A stretch of 64,000 nucleotides of DNA from an uncultured bacterium (lineage in GTDB: Bacteria > Edwardsbacteria > AC1 > EtOH8), in the NCBI GenBank assembly GCA_963780225.1, contig CAWAAX010000014.1:58326-122325 (forward strand), read 5' to 3'. Shown here piece after piece: positions 31,625 through 40,937 of this stretch. The position numbers and the translations under genes were made by a program. Every line of letters begins with the position of its first letter. Position 1 is the first letter of the stretch. The notes under the pieces are model-generated. The model was not told the origin of the DNA. It searched no databases and saw only the letters and a list, made by a program, of their open reading frames with translations.

Positions 31625-32263
31625 TTAGTATTGGTCTATTATCTGATCGAACCTCTGGACCACCAGATCCGCTTGGGAAAGCATCTCTTGGCCGTAAGTG
31701 GTGGCCAAACCGATGCACCGCATCCCGGCGCTTTTTGCGGCCATGATGCCGTACGGCGAATCTTCTATCACCAGGCACTGCTCCGGCCGGGAGCCTAATT
31801 GCTGGGCGGCATATAGAAAAATGGCCGGATCGGGTTTTCCCTTGTGCCCCACCTGGGCGATGGTGAAGATATTGGGCCCAAAAAGCCCGGCCAGGCCAAG
31901 CTTGTTGTCGGCGATGGCCAAAAGCTCATTGTCCAGAGAAGTGGCGATGCAGGTCTTGTGGGTGTTCTTTACGGAATTGAAATATTCCAGAAAACCGGAC
32001 ATCAGGGTCAGTTCGTTCTCGAACAAACTTCTCACTATCTCTATCCTCTCCCGGGCCAGTAGACCGGGATCCCCGGTAAAACCATAGTGTTTCTGCATCA
32101 CCAGTACCCCCTCGGCCGGCGAGGTGGAGGTCATCAGGTGTTTCAGTTTATCCCGGTGGTATTCATATCCCCTCCGATTCAAGAACTCTTCCTGACCCTT
32201 GTCCCAAAGTTTCTCGCTGTCTAAGATCACTCCGTCGGCGTCAAAGATGATGGTATCGATCAT
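31625..32263 (-). CDS. HAD-superfamily hydrolase (beta-phosphoglucomutase/phosphatase-like, subfamily IA)
   Basis: MIDTIIFDADGVILDSE carries the DxDGV motif I; motif IV near EDSPYG. Confidence 0.7.
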   Translation of the reverse strand: MIDTIIFDADGVILDSEKLWDKGQEEFLNRRGYEYHRDKLKHLMTSTSPAEGVLVMQKHYGFTGDPGLLARERIEIVRSLFENELTLMSGFLEYFNSVKNTHKTCIATSLDNELLAIADNKLGLAGLFGPNIFTIAQVGHKGKPDPAIFLYAAQQLGSRPEQCLVIEDSPYGIMAAKSAGMRCIGLATTYGQEMLSQADLVVQRFDQIIDQY

Positions 32264-32401
32264 AAATTTTTTGACAGGATTTACAGGGCTGTTATATAAA
32301 GGAAACAGCCATACAGAAATCTATCATAATTCCCAATGTTCAGTATTCCTGCCTTCCTGGATTCCTTATAAATATTTTGTTGGAAGTAAAAAAAAGGCGA
32401 G

Positions 32402-32677
32402 CTACTTGCTCGCCGGAAGTTTTAGTTCGGGATGGACGCTTATTTGTTTGTGCTGTCTTCCTTTGGGCTCAAAATGGACAAAGCCTTCGGCCACTGCGAA
32501 CAGTGTGTCATCGGTGCCCCGCATCACATTGGTGCCGGGATAGAATTTGGTGCCCCGCTGCCGGACCAGCACCGCGCCGGACAAAACCTTCTGGTTGCCG
32601 AAAACCTTTATTCCCAATCGCTGGGAATTACTGTCCCGGCCGTTATTGGAAGAGCCACCGCCTTTTTTATGTGCCAT
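32402..32677 (-). CDS. rpmA: 50S ribosomal protein L27
   Basis: [27 protein letters not shown]... is canonical L27. Confidence 0.9.
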   Translation of the reverse strand: MAHKKGGGSSNNGRDSNSQRLGIKVFGNQKVLSGAVLVRQRGTKFYPGTNVMRGTDDTLFAVAEGFVHFEPKGRQHKQISVHPELKLPASK

Positions 32678-33171
32678 TATTTCTTTCCTCCTTTAACCGC
32701 TGCCGGCTTGGCCGGTTCGGCCTTGGCTGATTTGGTTTCTATTTTTTCGGCCGCCGCCCCTTCGGCACCCTTCAGGGCAAGCTTTTTGGGCGGGGCTTTT
32801 TTTACGGTCTGCTTTTTAGCGGCGCCGGGCCGGGCCAGTTTTTCCAGCGGCTTGACCGTGGGATGGCTGACCTTTTCGATGAACAGTTCGGTATAATGGG
32901 TCCGGGCGCCCCAGTGGCGGCGGTAATCCTTTTTGGGTTTGTAGATCATGCCCACTATCTTGGCCGAACGGGGATGTCCGACCACGGTGGCTTCCACCAC
33001 TGCGTCCTTGACGGTGGGCGAGCCGACCACAATATCCTGGCCATTGGAGACCAGCAGTATTTTTTCGATCTTATATTTTTCGCCTTCTTTGGCGTCAATC
33101 CTTGGTATTCTGACCTTGGCATTCTGGAATACCCGTACCTGGGTTCCGCCGCATTCTATTACAGCATACAT
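32677..33171 (-). CDS. rplU: 50S ribosomal protein L21 with about 60-aa Lys/Ala-rich C-terminal extension
   Basis: [14 protein letters not shown]... is a canonical L21 core of about 103 aa, followed by ...[48 protein letters not shown]. Confidence 0.85.
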   Translation of the reverse strand: MYAVIECGGTQVRVFQNAKVRIPRIDAKEGEKYKIEKILLVSNGQDIVVGSPTVKDAVVEATVVGHPRSAKIVGMIYKPKKDYRRHWGARTHYTELFIEKVSHPTVKPLEKLARPGAAKKQTVKKAPPKKLALKGAEGAAAEKIETKSAKAEPAKPAAVKGGKK

Positions 33172-33219
33172 GATGTTTTAGTTTCTCCTAATGCTTCTTT
33201 ATGATGGCCTGAATTGTTG

Positions 33220-33567
33220 TTATTTGGTACCGCCCGGCAGTTGCTGGGCCGGCTGCTCCTGTTGTTGGGCTGGAGCCGTCTGTTCCTGTTGCAGGGATTT
33301 TTCTATGGCGGAGCGGGCCTTGGTCTGACGCCCGGACATGAAGGACAGGGAAAGCGAGGTCAGCATGAACATCACAGCCAGCACAGTAGTGGCCTTGGTC
33401 AGGAAGGGGGCCGCGCCTCGTCCGCCGAACATCTGCTCGGTGTCTCCGCCCATGGCCGAACCCAGTCCGCCCTTGCCGGTCTGCATCAATACTATTCCGA
33501 TCAGGAGCAGGCAGCCTATCACGTGAATTATGAGTAGCAGATTGTACACTTTTGTCTTGCCTTTCAA
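33220..33567 (-). CDS. secG: preprotein translocase subunit SecG
   Basis: N-terminal TM with LMQTGKGGLGSAMGG motif (conserved SecG Gly-rich loop), second TM, and a Gln/Ala-rich tail; the conserved tpiA-secG arrangement supports the call. Confidence 0.75.
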   Translation of the reverse strand: MKGKTKVYNLLLIIHVIGCLLLIGIVLMQTGKGGLGSAMGGDTEQMFGGRGAAPFLTKATTVLAVMFMLTSLSLSFMSGRQTKARSAIEKSLQQEQTAPAQQQEQPAQQLPGGTK

Positions 33568-33580
33568 AATGGAGGATGCT

Positions 33581-34345
33581 TTATCCCTTGAACTTTATTA
33601 TCCTGGAAAACGACTCCGGGTCCAGGCTGGCCCCGCCCACCAGCGCTCCGTCGATATCGGGCTGGGCCATCAGTTCGGCGATGTTCTCCGGTTTGACGCT
33701 GCCGCCGTACTGGATCCTGACCCTGTCTGCGGTTTCCCTCCCCCATATTTCTGAGAGAATGTCCCGCAGGTATTTGTGGACCTCCTGGGCCTGTTCCTTG
33801 GTGGCGGTGACCCCGGTGCCGATGGCCCAAACCGGTTCGTAGGCCAGCACCATTTTAAGCGGGTCGGACAGGCTGATTCCTTCCAGACCCTTTAACACCT
33901 GGCCCTTTAAGACATCGAACGTCTGTTTCTGGTTGCGCTGGTCCAGGGTTTCGCCAATGCAGAAAATCGGAAATAACCCAAAGCCCATGACGGCTTTGAG
34001 CTTCCTATTGATTAGAGCGTCGTCTTCACCGAAATATTGACGGCGCTCAGAATGGCCAATTATAACATATTTGCATCCAAAGTCAAGCAAAAACTTGGGA
34101 GAAACCTCGCCGGTAAAGGCCCCCTTTTCCTGGTAATGGCAGTTCTGGGCACCCAGTTCAATGCCGGTGTTTTTGACGATCTCCGATACCGCCGCCAAAG
34201 CTGTAAAAGGCGGGCAAAGAACCACTTCAACCCGTTCGACAGCCAAATTTTGCTTGCCATTCTCAGGGCAGGCATCTTGAACATCTTTAAGCTTTTCAAC
34301 GATGCCTGTAGCCAATAACCTGGCTTCTACCAGGGAGTTATACAT
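33581..34345 (-). CDS. tpiA: triose-phosphate isomerase
   Basis: 254 aa; catalytic-region motifs IIGHSERR and AYEPVWAIGTG; ATG verified at 34343-34345. Confidence 0.9.
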   Translation of the reverse strand: MYNSLVEARLLATGIVEKLKDVQDACPENGKQNLAVERVEVVLCPPFTALAAVSEIVKNTGIELGAQNCHYQEKGAFTGEVSPKFLLDFGCKYVIIGHSERRQYFGEDDALINRKLKAVMGFGLFPIFCIGETLDQRNQKQTFDVLKGQVLKGLEGISLSDPLKMVLAYEPVWAIGTGVTATKEQAQEVHKYLRDILSEIWGRETADRVRIQYGGSVKPENIAELMAQPDIDGALVGGASLDPESFSRIIKFKG

Positions 34346-34444
34346 CTTCCAGTTCCCGGCGGATGATCGGCTTTCTCATTTGGCCCTCCTAGTCCTGAGA
34401 TTTACCCCAGGTTTTGCTATCGAAGGAATGATTGGCTTACGCAT
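34338..34444 (-). other. two tandem, translationally coupled mini-ORFs (22 aa and 13 aa, both starting MRKPII) upstream of and overlapping the tpiA start
   Basis: AGGAGGGTCAAATGCGTAAGCCAATCATT... ends in TGA overlapping AGGAGGGCCAAATGAGAAAGCCGATCATC... whose stop overlaps the tpiA ATG; both have strong SD sequences. Confidence 0.35.
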
Positions 34445-34484
34445 TTGACCCTCCTTGTGCTGAGTTGAGACACTGCTTGCTGGT

Positions 34485-34745
34485 TCACTGGTTATTGTTA
34501 ATTGTTTCTTCCTCTTCCAGGTCATCAAACAAATGCCCCTTGCGCCACAGGTGGAACCCCAGTCGGATGACCCCATAACCAAGGACCAAGCCTACCAAGG
34601 GCCAAAACTGCTCCCCCGCCGGATTTTTGTGAAGCAGGAAGCGCAGTGTCAGCAGGGAAATTCCGAACAGTATCACCACCACGCTGGAGGCCACGTTGAA
34701 CCACCAGCGGATATTACGTCTTTTTATCTCTACTTCATTTATCAT
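34485..34745 (-). CDS. small hypothetical membrane protein (2 TM)
   Basis: 86-aa ORF with two hydrophobic helices; coding call rests only on ORF length and hydropathy. Confidence 0.3.
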   Translation of the reverse strand: MINEVEIKRRNIRWWFNVASSVVVILFGISLLTLRFLLHKNPAGEQFWPLVGLVLGYGVIRLGFHLWRKGHLFDDLEEEETINNNQ

Positions 34746-35007
34746 CGTTCATTAAATCCAGGCGATCACTTCTATTCTTTGGAAATCATTTACCCAAGGA
34801 CATATGTTTCAATCATGTATTTTACCAAAGAAGAGCTGTTATTTCAATGCTTTTGGCACCTATAAATAACTTTCTTTTGTGACCTGACTATGGGATGTAA
34901 AATAGTTGTTGGAGATAAAAAAGCGGCCCTTTAACAAGCCGCCTTTTCATGCGACCATTGCCGCCTGCCCCTGTCCCCCAAGATGTTCCCATTTATCCAT
35001 TTCCCAT

Positions 35008-35895
35008 TTATTTTGTATCAAGTATCACCGGCAGGCCGTCCTTGCCCGAGCCGATTATCACCACCTTGGCGTTGTTGGAGGTGGCCAGTTTCTCGGTGGC
35101 CTCGATCCCCTTCCAGCGCAAAAGCGGCTCGGAAATTCCCTGGGCCACTATGTTCTGGAAGTCGGAGATCCCCTTGGCCTCGATCCGTTTGCGCTCGGCC
35201 TCCTGCTTTTCCTTGGTCAGGATGAACTCCATCCTCTGGCTCTCCTGCTCGGCCTTGAGCTTTTCCTCGACGGCATCGGTCACCTTGGCCGGAAGGGTTA
35301 CCCGGCGCAGGGGCGTATTTTCGATCACAATTCCCCTGGCCGCCACCATTTTTTCAAGATCAACCTGAATCAGCTTGGCCAATTCTTCGCGTTGGGAAGT
35401 ATAAAGCGCTTTGGCCTCGTACAGGGCAGTAACGCCCCGGCATACGGAGCGGAACTGCGGCACCAGGATGATATTGACGAAATCCGGACCGACTGTCTTA
35501 TATACTTCGGCGGCTTTATCGGGATCAAGGTGGAACAGCACGGTGGCATCCAGTTGAACAGTGAGTCCCTCTTTGGACGGCACGTGCATGTCCTCGGACA
35601 TTTCCTGGGTTTTTATGGAAAACTTTATCACCCGGGCCAGTGGATTGCGGAAATTGATGCCTGATTTCAGGGTTTTCTCGGACACCCGGCCGAAGAAGTC
35701 CACCACTCCCACGTGACCGGCCGGGATCACGGTCAGGAACCTGGTGAAGGCGATCAACCCGAAGACCACCGCCAGCAACAGCGAAATGGTGCGGCCCTGC
35801 CGGAATGATTCGTTGTATTGTTTAAGCTTGCTGTTGGCCGAGACCAGGGAATACAGGGCGAGCCCGAACACCACCAGCGAAAAAATGAACAGCAT
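35008..35895 (-). CDS. SPFH/band-7 (stomatin/prohibitin/HflC-like) membrane protein
   Basis: 295 aa; N-terminal TM, SPFH core (PAGHVGVVDFFGRV...), C-terminal coiled-coil with EQESQRMEF/EAERKR region. Confidence 0.8.
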   Translation of the reverse strand: MLFIFSLVVFGLALYSLVSANSKLKQYNESFRQGRTISLLLAVVFGLIAFTRFLTVIPAGHVGVVDFFGRVSEKTLKSGINFRNPLARVIKFSIKTQEMSEDMHVPSKEGLTVQLDATVLFHLDPDKAAEVYKTVGPDFVNIILVPQFRSVCRGVTALYEAKALYTSQREELAKLIQVDLEKMVAARGIVIENTPLRRVTLPAKVTDAVEEKLKAEQESQRMEFILTKEKQEAERKRIEAKGISDFQNIVAQGISEPLLRWKGIEATEKLATSNNAKVVIIGSGKDGLPVILDTK

Positions 35896-36009
35896 GGTTT
35901 TCCCTCCTTTTTATATTTGCCACAAAGGCACAAAGACACAAAGGTAATAAAATTCACTAACTGTATCGGTTAAAACCTCTGTGCCTCCGTGTCTCCGTGG
36001 CGATTATTT

Positions 36010-37347
36010 CTATGTTCTTATGATGCTGCCGTCCAGCACCGTCATCACTGTCTTTCCGGTAAGGTTGAATCCCTTGAACGGGGTATTGCGGCTCTTGGAG
36101 AAGAATTCCTCCGGATCCACCGTCCACTTGGCTTTGGGATCAAAGACCGTCAGATCTGCCATTTTCCCAATTTCCAATTTACCACTTGTGGTGAGACCGG
36201 CCCCATGTCCGGCTGCCGAACCATTTCCTATTTTTAGGATGTTCCGGGGATTGAGCGACATTTTTTCCACCAGCTGCGACGGCGTCAGGACGCCGGTCTC
36301 CACCAGATGGGTCCAGCACAGGCCCAGCGAGGTCTCCAAGCCTATCATCCCGGTGGGGGCCTGGTCGAACTCCACCTCTTTTTCCTCGTGGGAGTGAGGT
36401 GCGTGGTCGGTGACGATGCAGTCGATGGTGCCGTCCTTCAAGCCCTCTAATATCGCTTGGACATCGGCCTTGCCCCGCAGCGGGGGATTGACCCGGGTCA
36501 TCTCGTTGTAGCCCTTCACCGCCTCTTCGGTCAGGGTGAAATAGTGGGGGCAGGTCTCTGCCGTGATCTTGATGCCCCGGCGCTTGGCCTGACGCACCAC
36601 GTCCACCGTCTCGGCGCAGGAGACATGGGCGATGTGCAGCCGGCCTCCGGTCAGGGCCGCCAGCTGGGCGTCGCGGTAGGCCATGGAACTTTCGGCGGCA
36701 TTGGGTATGCCCCGCAGGCCCAGCCGGGTGGCCAGGGCCCCCTCGTTCATGGCCCCGTCGGCCGAGAGGAAGGTGTCCTCGCAGTGGGAGATCACCGGGA
36801 TGTCGAACATCCGGCAGTAATCCAGGGCCCGGCGCATCAGGTTGGAATTGGTGACCGGCTTGCCGTCGTCCGAGACCGCCACCGCTCCGGCGTGGAACAT
36901 GTCGCCCATCTCGGCCAGCTCCTGGCATTCCAGCCCCTTGGTGACGGCGCCGACAGGGTAGATACCGCAGTAGGCGGTCTGGCGCGATTTGACCAGCTGG
37001 ACTATCCCCTGGTTCTCCACCACCGGCGTGGTGTTGGGCATGCAGGCCACCCCGGTAAAGCCTCCGGCGGCCGCGGCCCGCGACCCGGTCTCGATGGTCT
37101 CCTCGTCCTCGCGGCCCGGTTCCCGGAAATGAACGTGCATGTCAAACAATCCCGGGGTGATGATCAATCCCGTTGCGTCTATCACCTGGGACTTGGGATC
37201 GGAATCGCCAGCTTTGCCGATGCTCTCTATCTTTCCATCATTGAGAACGATATCGGTGACCTCGTCCCGCTTGTTGGCCGGATCTATCACCCGCCCGTTC
37301 TTGATGATTATTCTGCCTTCTGCCTTCTGGATTTTAAGTTCTTTCAT
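36010..37347 (-). CDS. pyrC: dihydroorotase (multifunctional-complex type)
   Basis: 445 aa; metal-binding motifs DMHVHFREPG, carboxylated-Lys region, DHAPH motif. Confidence 0.85.
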   Translation of the reverse strand: MKELKIQKAEGRIIIKNGRVIDPANKRDEVTDIVLNDGKIESIGKAGDSDPKSQVIDATGLIITPGLFDMHVHFREPGREDEETIETGSRAAAAGGFTGVACMPNTTPVVENQGIVQLVKSRQTAYCGIYPVGAVTKGLECQELAEMGDMFHAGAVAVSDDGKPVTNSNLMRRALDYCRMFDIPVISHCEDTFLSADGAMNEGALATRLGLRGIPNAAESSMAYRDAQLAALTGGRLHIAHVSCAETVDVVRQAKRRGIKITAETCPHYFTLTEEAVKGYNEMTRVNPPLRGKADVQAILEGLKDGTIDCIVTDHAPHSHEEKEVEFDQAPTGMIGLETSLGLCWTHLVETGVLTPSQLVEKMSLNPRNILKIGNGSAAGHGAGLTTSGKLEIGKMADLTVFDPKAKWTVDPEEFFSKSRNTPFKGFNLTGKTVMTVLDGSIIRT

Positions 37348-37349
37348 CT

Positions 37350-38289
37350 TTATGCCTCCTTCTTAATGGCTTCCGAAAGCGAACCCTCGCCTCCGCTCAG
37401 TAAATAAAGCACGGCCATCCGCACCGCCACCCCGTTGGTCACCTGGTCCAGGATGACAGAGCTGGCCCCGTCGGCCACCGCCGGCTCGATCTCCACCCCC
37501 CGGTTCATGGGGCCGGGATGCATCACGGTGATGCCGGGCTTGGCCTTTTTCAGCCTGTCCTCGGTGACGCAGAACAGCTGGGAGTATTCGCGCAGGGAGG
37601 GCAGCAGCCCCTTTTTCTGGCGCTCCAGCTGCAGCCGCAGAACATTGACCACATCGGCCTCGGCCAAAGCCTTGTCCAGGTCGTAGTAGACCTTGACGCC
37701 CAGGTCCTGGATGCCCATGGGGATCAGGGTGGACGGCCCGCAGACCGAGACCTTGGCCCCCATCTTGATCAGCCCGTGGATGTTGGAGCGGGCCACCCGG
37801 GAGTGGGTGACGTCGCCCACGATCAGGACGTTCAGGCCCTCCAGCTGGCCCCTTTTTTCCCGCATGGTGAACATGTCCAGCAGCCCCTGGGTGGGATGGG
37901 CGTGCTGCCCGTCACCGGCGTTGATCACCCCGGATTTGATCCGGCTGGCCAAAAAGTGCGGTGCGCCGGAGGACATGTGGCGGATGACCACCAGGTCTAT
38001 CTTCATGGCTTCCAGGTTGCGGGCGGTGTCCAAAAGGGTCTCGCCCTTCTGGACGGCCGAGGTCTTGGGCGAGATGTTGACGGTGTCGGCCATCAGCCGC
38101 TTGGCGGCCATGTCGAAACTGGCCGAGGTCCGGGTGGAGGGCTCAAAGAACATGTTGACCACTGTCTTGCCCCGCAGGATCGGTACTTTTTTAACCGGAC
38201 GGTCCAGGATCTCCCTAAAGCTGCGGGCGGTGTCCAGCACCATGGAGATCTCTTCCCGGTTCAAGGACTCCAGGTCTAAAAGGTCTTTT

Positions 38290-38303
<14 letters not shown>
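37350..38303 (-). CDS. pyrB: aspartate carbamoyltransferase catalytic subunit
   Basis: 317 aa; STRTR motif ([12 protein letters not shown]), HPTQ, HPGP motifs. Confidence 0.9.
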
Positions 38304-38844
<541 letters not shown>

Positions 38845-39193
38845 GGTCCCTCCGTTGGTTGTTTGATATTTAAAAAATGGTTAATGGCATTTCCCTCTTG
38901 CCACAAAGACACTAAGGCTCTAAGGAAGCTAATAAATTGTAAATGGGAAATAGTTTTGTGTCTTTGTGCCTTAGTGGCAGTATAACCCCGGTTGGCAATA
39001 AAAAAACCTCCCGTCCTGCGCTTTACAGCGTGGGTCCGAGAGGTCGATGTATTACGGTTTTCATGAATAAAGCCTTCCTGGCCTCACAGGACCAGATTAA
39101 AGGGTTAAAATATTTACCTGACTAATACAACTATATGATACACTATTTTTTGCTGTTTGTCAAGGGGTAAATGAAAATAACTGTGGATTTAAT

Positions 39194-39364
39194 TTATTTA
39201 AAGACGCCCCCCATCTGTTTCCATGCAGCAAGTATTTCCCGTAAAGCAAGCTTCTCTTGTTGTGGCACAAGATAATCCTTGTAGTATTGCTTGCCCTCAA
39301 AACGTATAACAGATTTTTTAGATTTGATTATTGCAAGTACCATTTCCATCTCTTGACGTGACAT
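39194..39364 (-). CDS. unannotated small ORF (56 aa) co-oriented immediately downstream of the zinc-ribbon membrane protein
   Basis: Hand translation of ATG at 39362-39364 gives MSRQEMEMVLAIIKSKKSVIRFEGKQYYKDYLVPQQEKLALREILAAWKQMGGVFK*; it falls below the 60-aa cutoff of the ORF track and has no recognised family. Confidence 0.3.
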   Translation of the reverse strand: MSRQEMEMVLAIIKSKKSVIRFEGKQYYKDYLVPQQEKLALREILAAWKQMGGVFK

Positions 39365-39380
39365 ACTATTGTCATATAAA

Positions 39381-40007
39381 TCAACTAAGAAGATAGTTAT
39401 TAAATTTTATATGGAAAAAGTGAAACCATTCCCAAATTCCAACCTCACCATTCGCTAAAGTTCCATTGTCTGTTTCAATTTCTCCATATTGGGGTGATAT
39501 TTCAAAGGTTGCGGCATCCGCTTTTACAATATAACGCTCAACAAAAAGCCAATCTGAAGACACATAATTAAGGAGAAGACGTGGCTTAATTGGCACATTA
39601 CCTGACTTACCAAAATAGATTGAAATGGCTGTGCGTGAATTCGAATATTTAGGAGAATACTGGTGATAATACCACGTAATATTTTTCACATCATCAACTT
39701 TTTTACGTAAATGCAACGTCGATGATTTTAATTGATCGACGGTCATGTTTGGTGCGACATCAATGGAGGGTAACTCGGAGGACTTGCTTGAAGAAGATGC
39801 ATTGGTGTTTTTGGGGGATGGAGAGCAATATTTACCTATAATAGTTAAAAATATACCAAAAGCAATTATCACCAAGCAACCAACTGCTAATTTACTGCTC
39901 TTCTTTTTAGGTTCAGCCATTTTCTTTAGAGTATAACCACAATTGGGACAGCTTAAGGCCTCTGAACTGATCTCTTTCTTGCATTCTGGACATGTGATGA
40001 GTGCCAT
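39381..40007 (-). CDS. zinc-ribbon membrane protein (N-terminal C4 zinc ribbon, single TM, C-terminal extracytoplasmic domain) in an AT-rich islet
   Basis: MALITCPECKKEISSEALSCPNCGYTL is a C-x2-C...C-x2-C ribbon; hydrophobic segment LAVGCLVIIAFGIFLTIIG; GC content visibly lower than the flanks. Confidence 0.5.
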   Translation of the reverse strand: MALITCPECKKEISSEALSCPNCGYTLKKMAEPKKKSSKLAVGCLVIIAFGIFLTIIGKYCSPSPKNTNASSSSKSSELPSIDVAPNMTVDQLKSSTLHLRKKVDDVKNITWYYHQYSPKYSNSRTAISIYFGKSGNVPIKPRLLLNYVSSDWLFVERYIVKADAATFEISPQYGEIETDNGTLANGEVGIWEWFHFFHIKFNNYLLS

Positions 40008-40113
40008 TTCATAACTCCTTTTTATTACATGAACATGTTACCTGTTCTATACCTAACACAGTTGAAACTCTTGTGTAAATAATACACCCTACCCACATTT
40101 TTGTCAACAAAAA

Positions 40114-40141
40114 AAGGCCGAAGCGTCTGCTTCGGCCTTTT
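40114..40141. terminator. bidirectional rho-independent terminator between the cyclophilin gene and the AT-rich islet
   Basis: aaaggccgaagc-gtct-gcttcggccttt flanked by an A-run and a T-run. Confidence 0.55.
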
Positions 40142-40160
40142 TACAAAATACCTGAAACTA

Positions 40161-40721
40161 TTATTTCCCCTCGCTGATAACAACCTTTTTGATCACCACA
40201 TTCTTCAGCGGCCGGTCGTTGTTGTCCCGGGGCTGTTTGGCAATGGTATCCACCACTTCCATTCCCTTCACCACCCGGGCGAACGGAATGAACCCCATGC
40301 CATCCAGCCTGGCGCACTTGTCGTCCAGGTTGATGAAGAACTGGGCGTCGGACTGGTCGGATATCGGCTGCTGGCGCGAGGACGAGGCCATGGACACCGT
40401 GCCCCGTTTGTTGGAAAGTTTGCGGGGTTCCACCCCCATTTTGTCGCCGCCAAAACCGTCGTTGGTCTGGTCGGCGTCCTTGGACAGCGGGTCCCCGCCC
40501 TGGATCACGAAGCCCGGCACCAGCCGGTGAAAGGTGGTCCCGTCAAAGGCTCCGGCCTTGGCCTTGGCTATGAAGTTGGCCACTGTCTTGGGCGAGCTCT
40601 TGGTGGCCAGCTCCAGTTTGATGTCCCCGAACTCGGTGACCAGGGTGGCGTATTTCTTGGCCAGGACCTGACAGCTAAAGATCGTCAGGGCCAAGGCCAG
40701 CATCAGAATCGTTCTTTTCAT
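40161..40721 (-). CDS. ppiB: peptidyl-prolyl cis-trans isomerase, cyclophilin type, secreted
   Basis: 186 aa; signal peptide; cyclophilin motifs FHRLVPGFVIQGGDP and MASSSRQ..SQFFI. Confidence 0.85.
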   Translation of the reverse strand: MKRTILMLALALTIFSCQVLAKKYATLVTEFGDIKLELATKSSPKTVANFIAKAKAGAFDGTTFHRLVPGFVIQGGDPLSKDADQTNDGFGGDKMGVEPRKLSNKRGTVSMASSSRQQPISDQSDAQFFINLDDKCARLDGMGFIPFARVVKGMEVVDTIAKQPRDNNDRPLKNVVIKKVVISEGK

Positions 40722-40937
40722 TTATCCTCCTGGGTTAAAGGTTGAATGATTATATGGTTTGTTTTAGAAATGTCTGTTAATAGCATAAACCGAACTCATC
40801 CCCGGTCCCTTCTCTTTACAAGAGAAGGGGATCAAGGGGTTGAGTTCTATAGAAATCCAAAGCCCTCCGGCTTATACAACATGCCCCGAACAAAACCTTA
40901 GTTCTGTCCGGGGCAAAAACCGATATTACTATTTTCC

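Noticed and set aside
35900-35945. Sigma54 (-24 TGGCAC / -12 TTGC) reading of the TTTGTGGCAA motif
   Set aside because: The GG to GC spacing does not fit the 10-nt requirement in any of the four copies.
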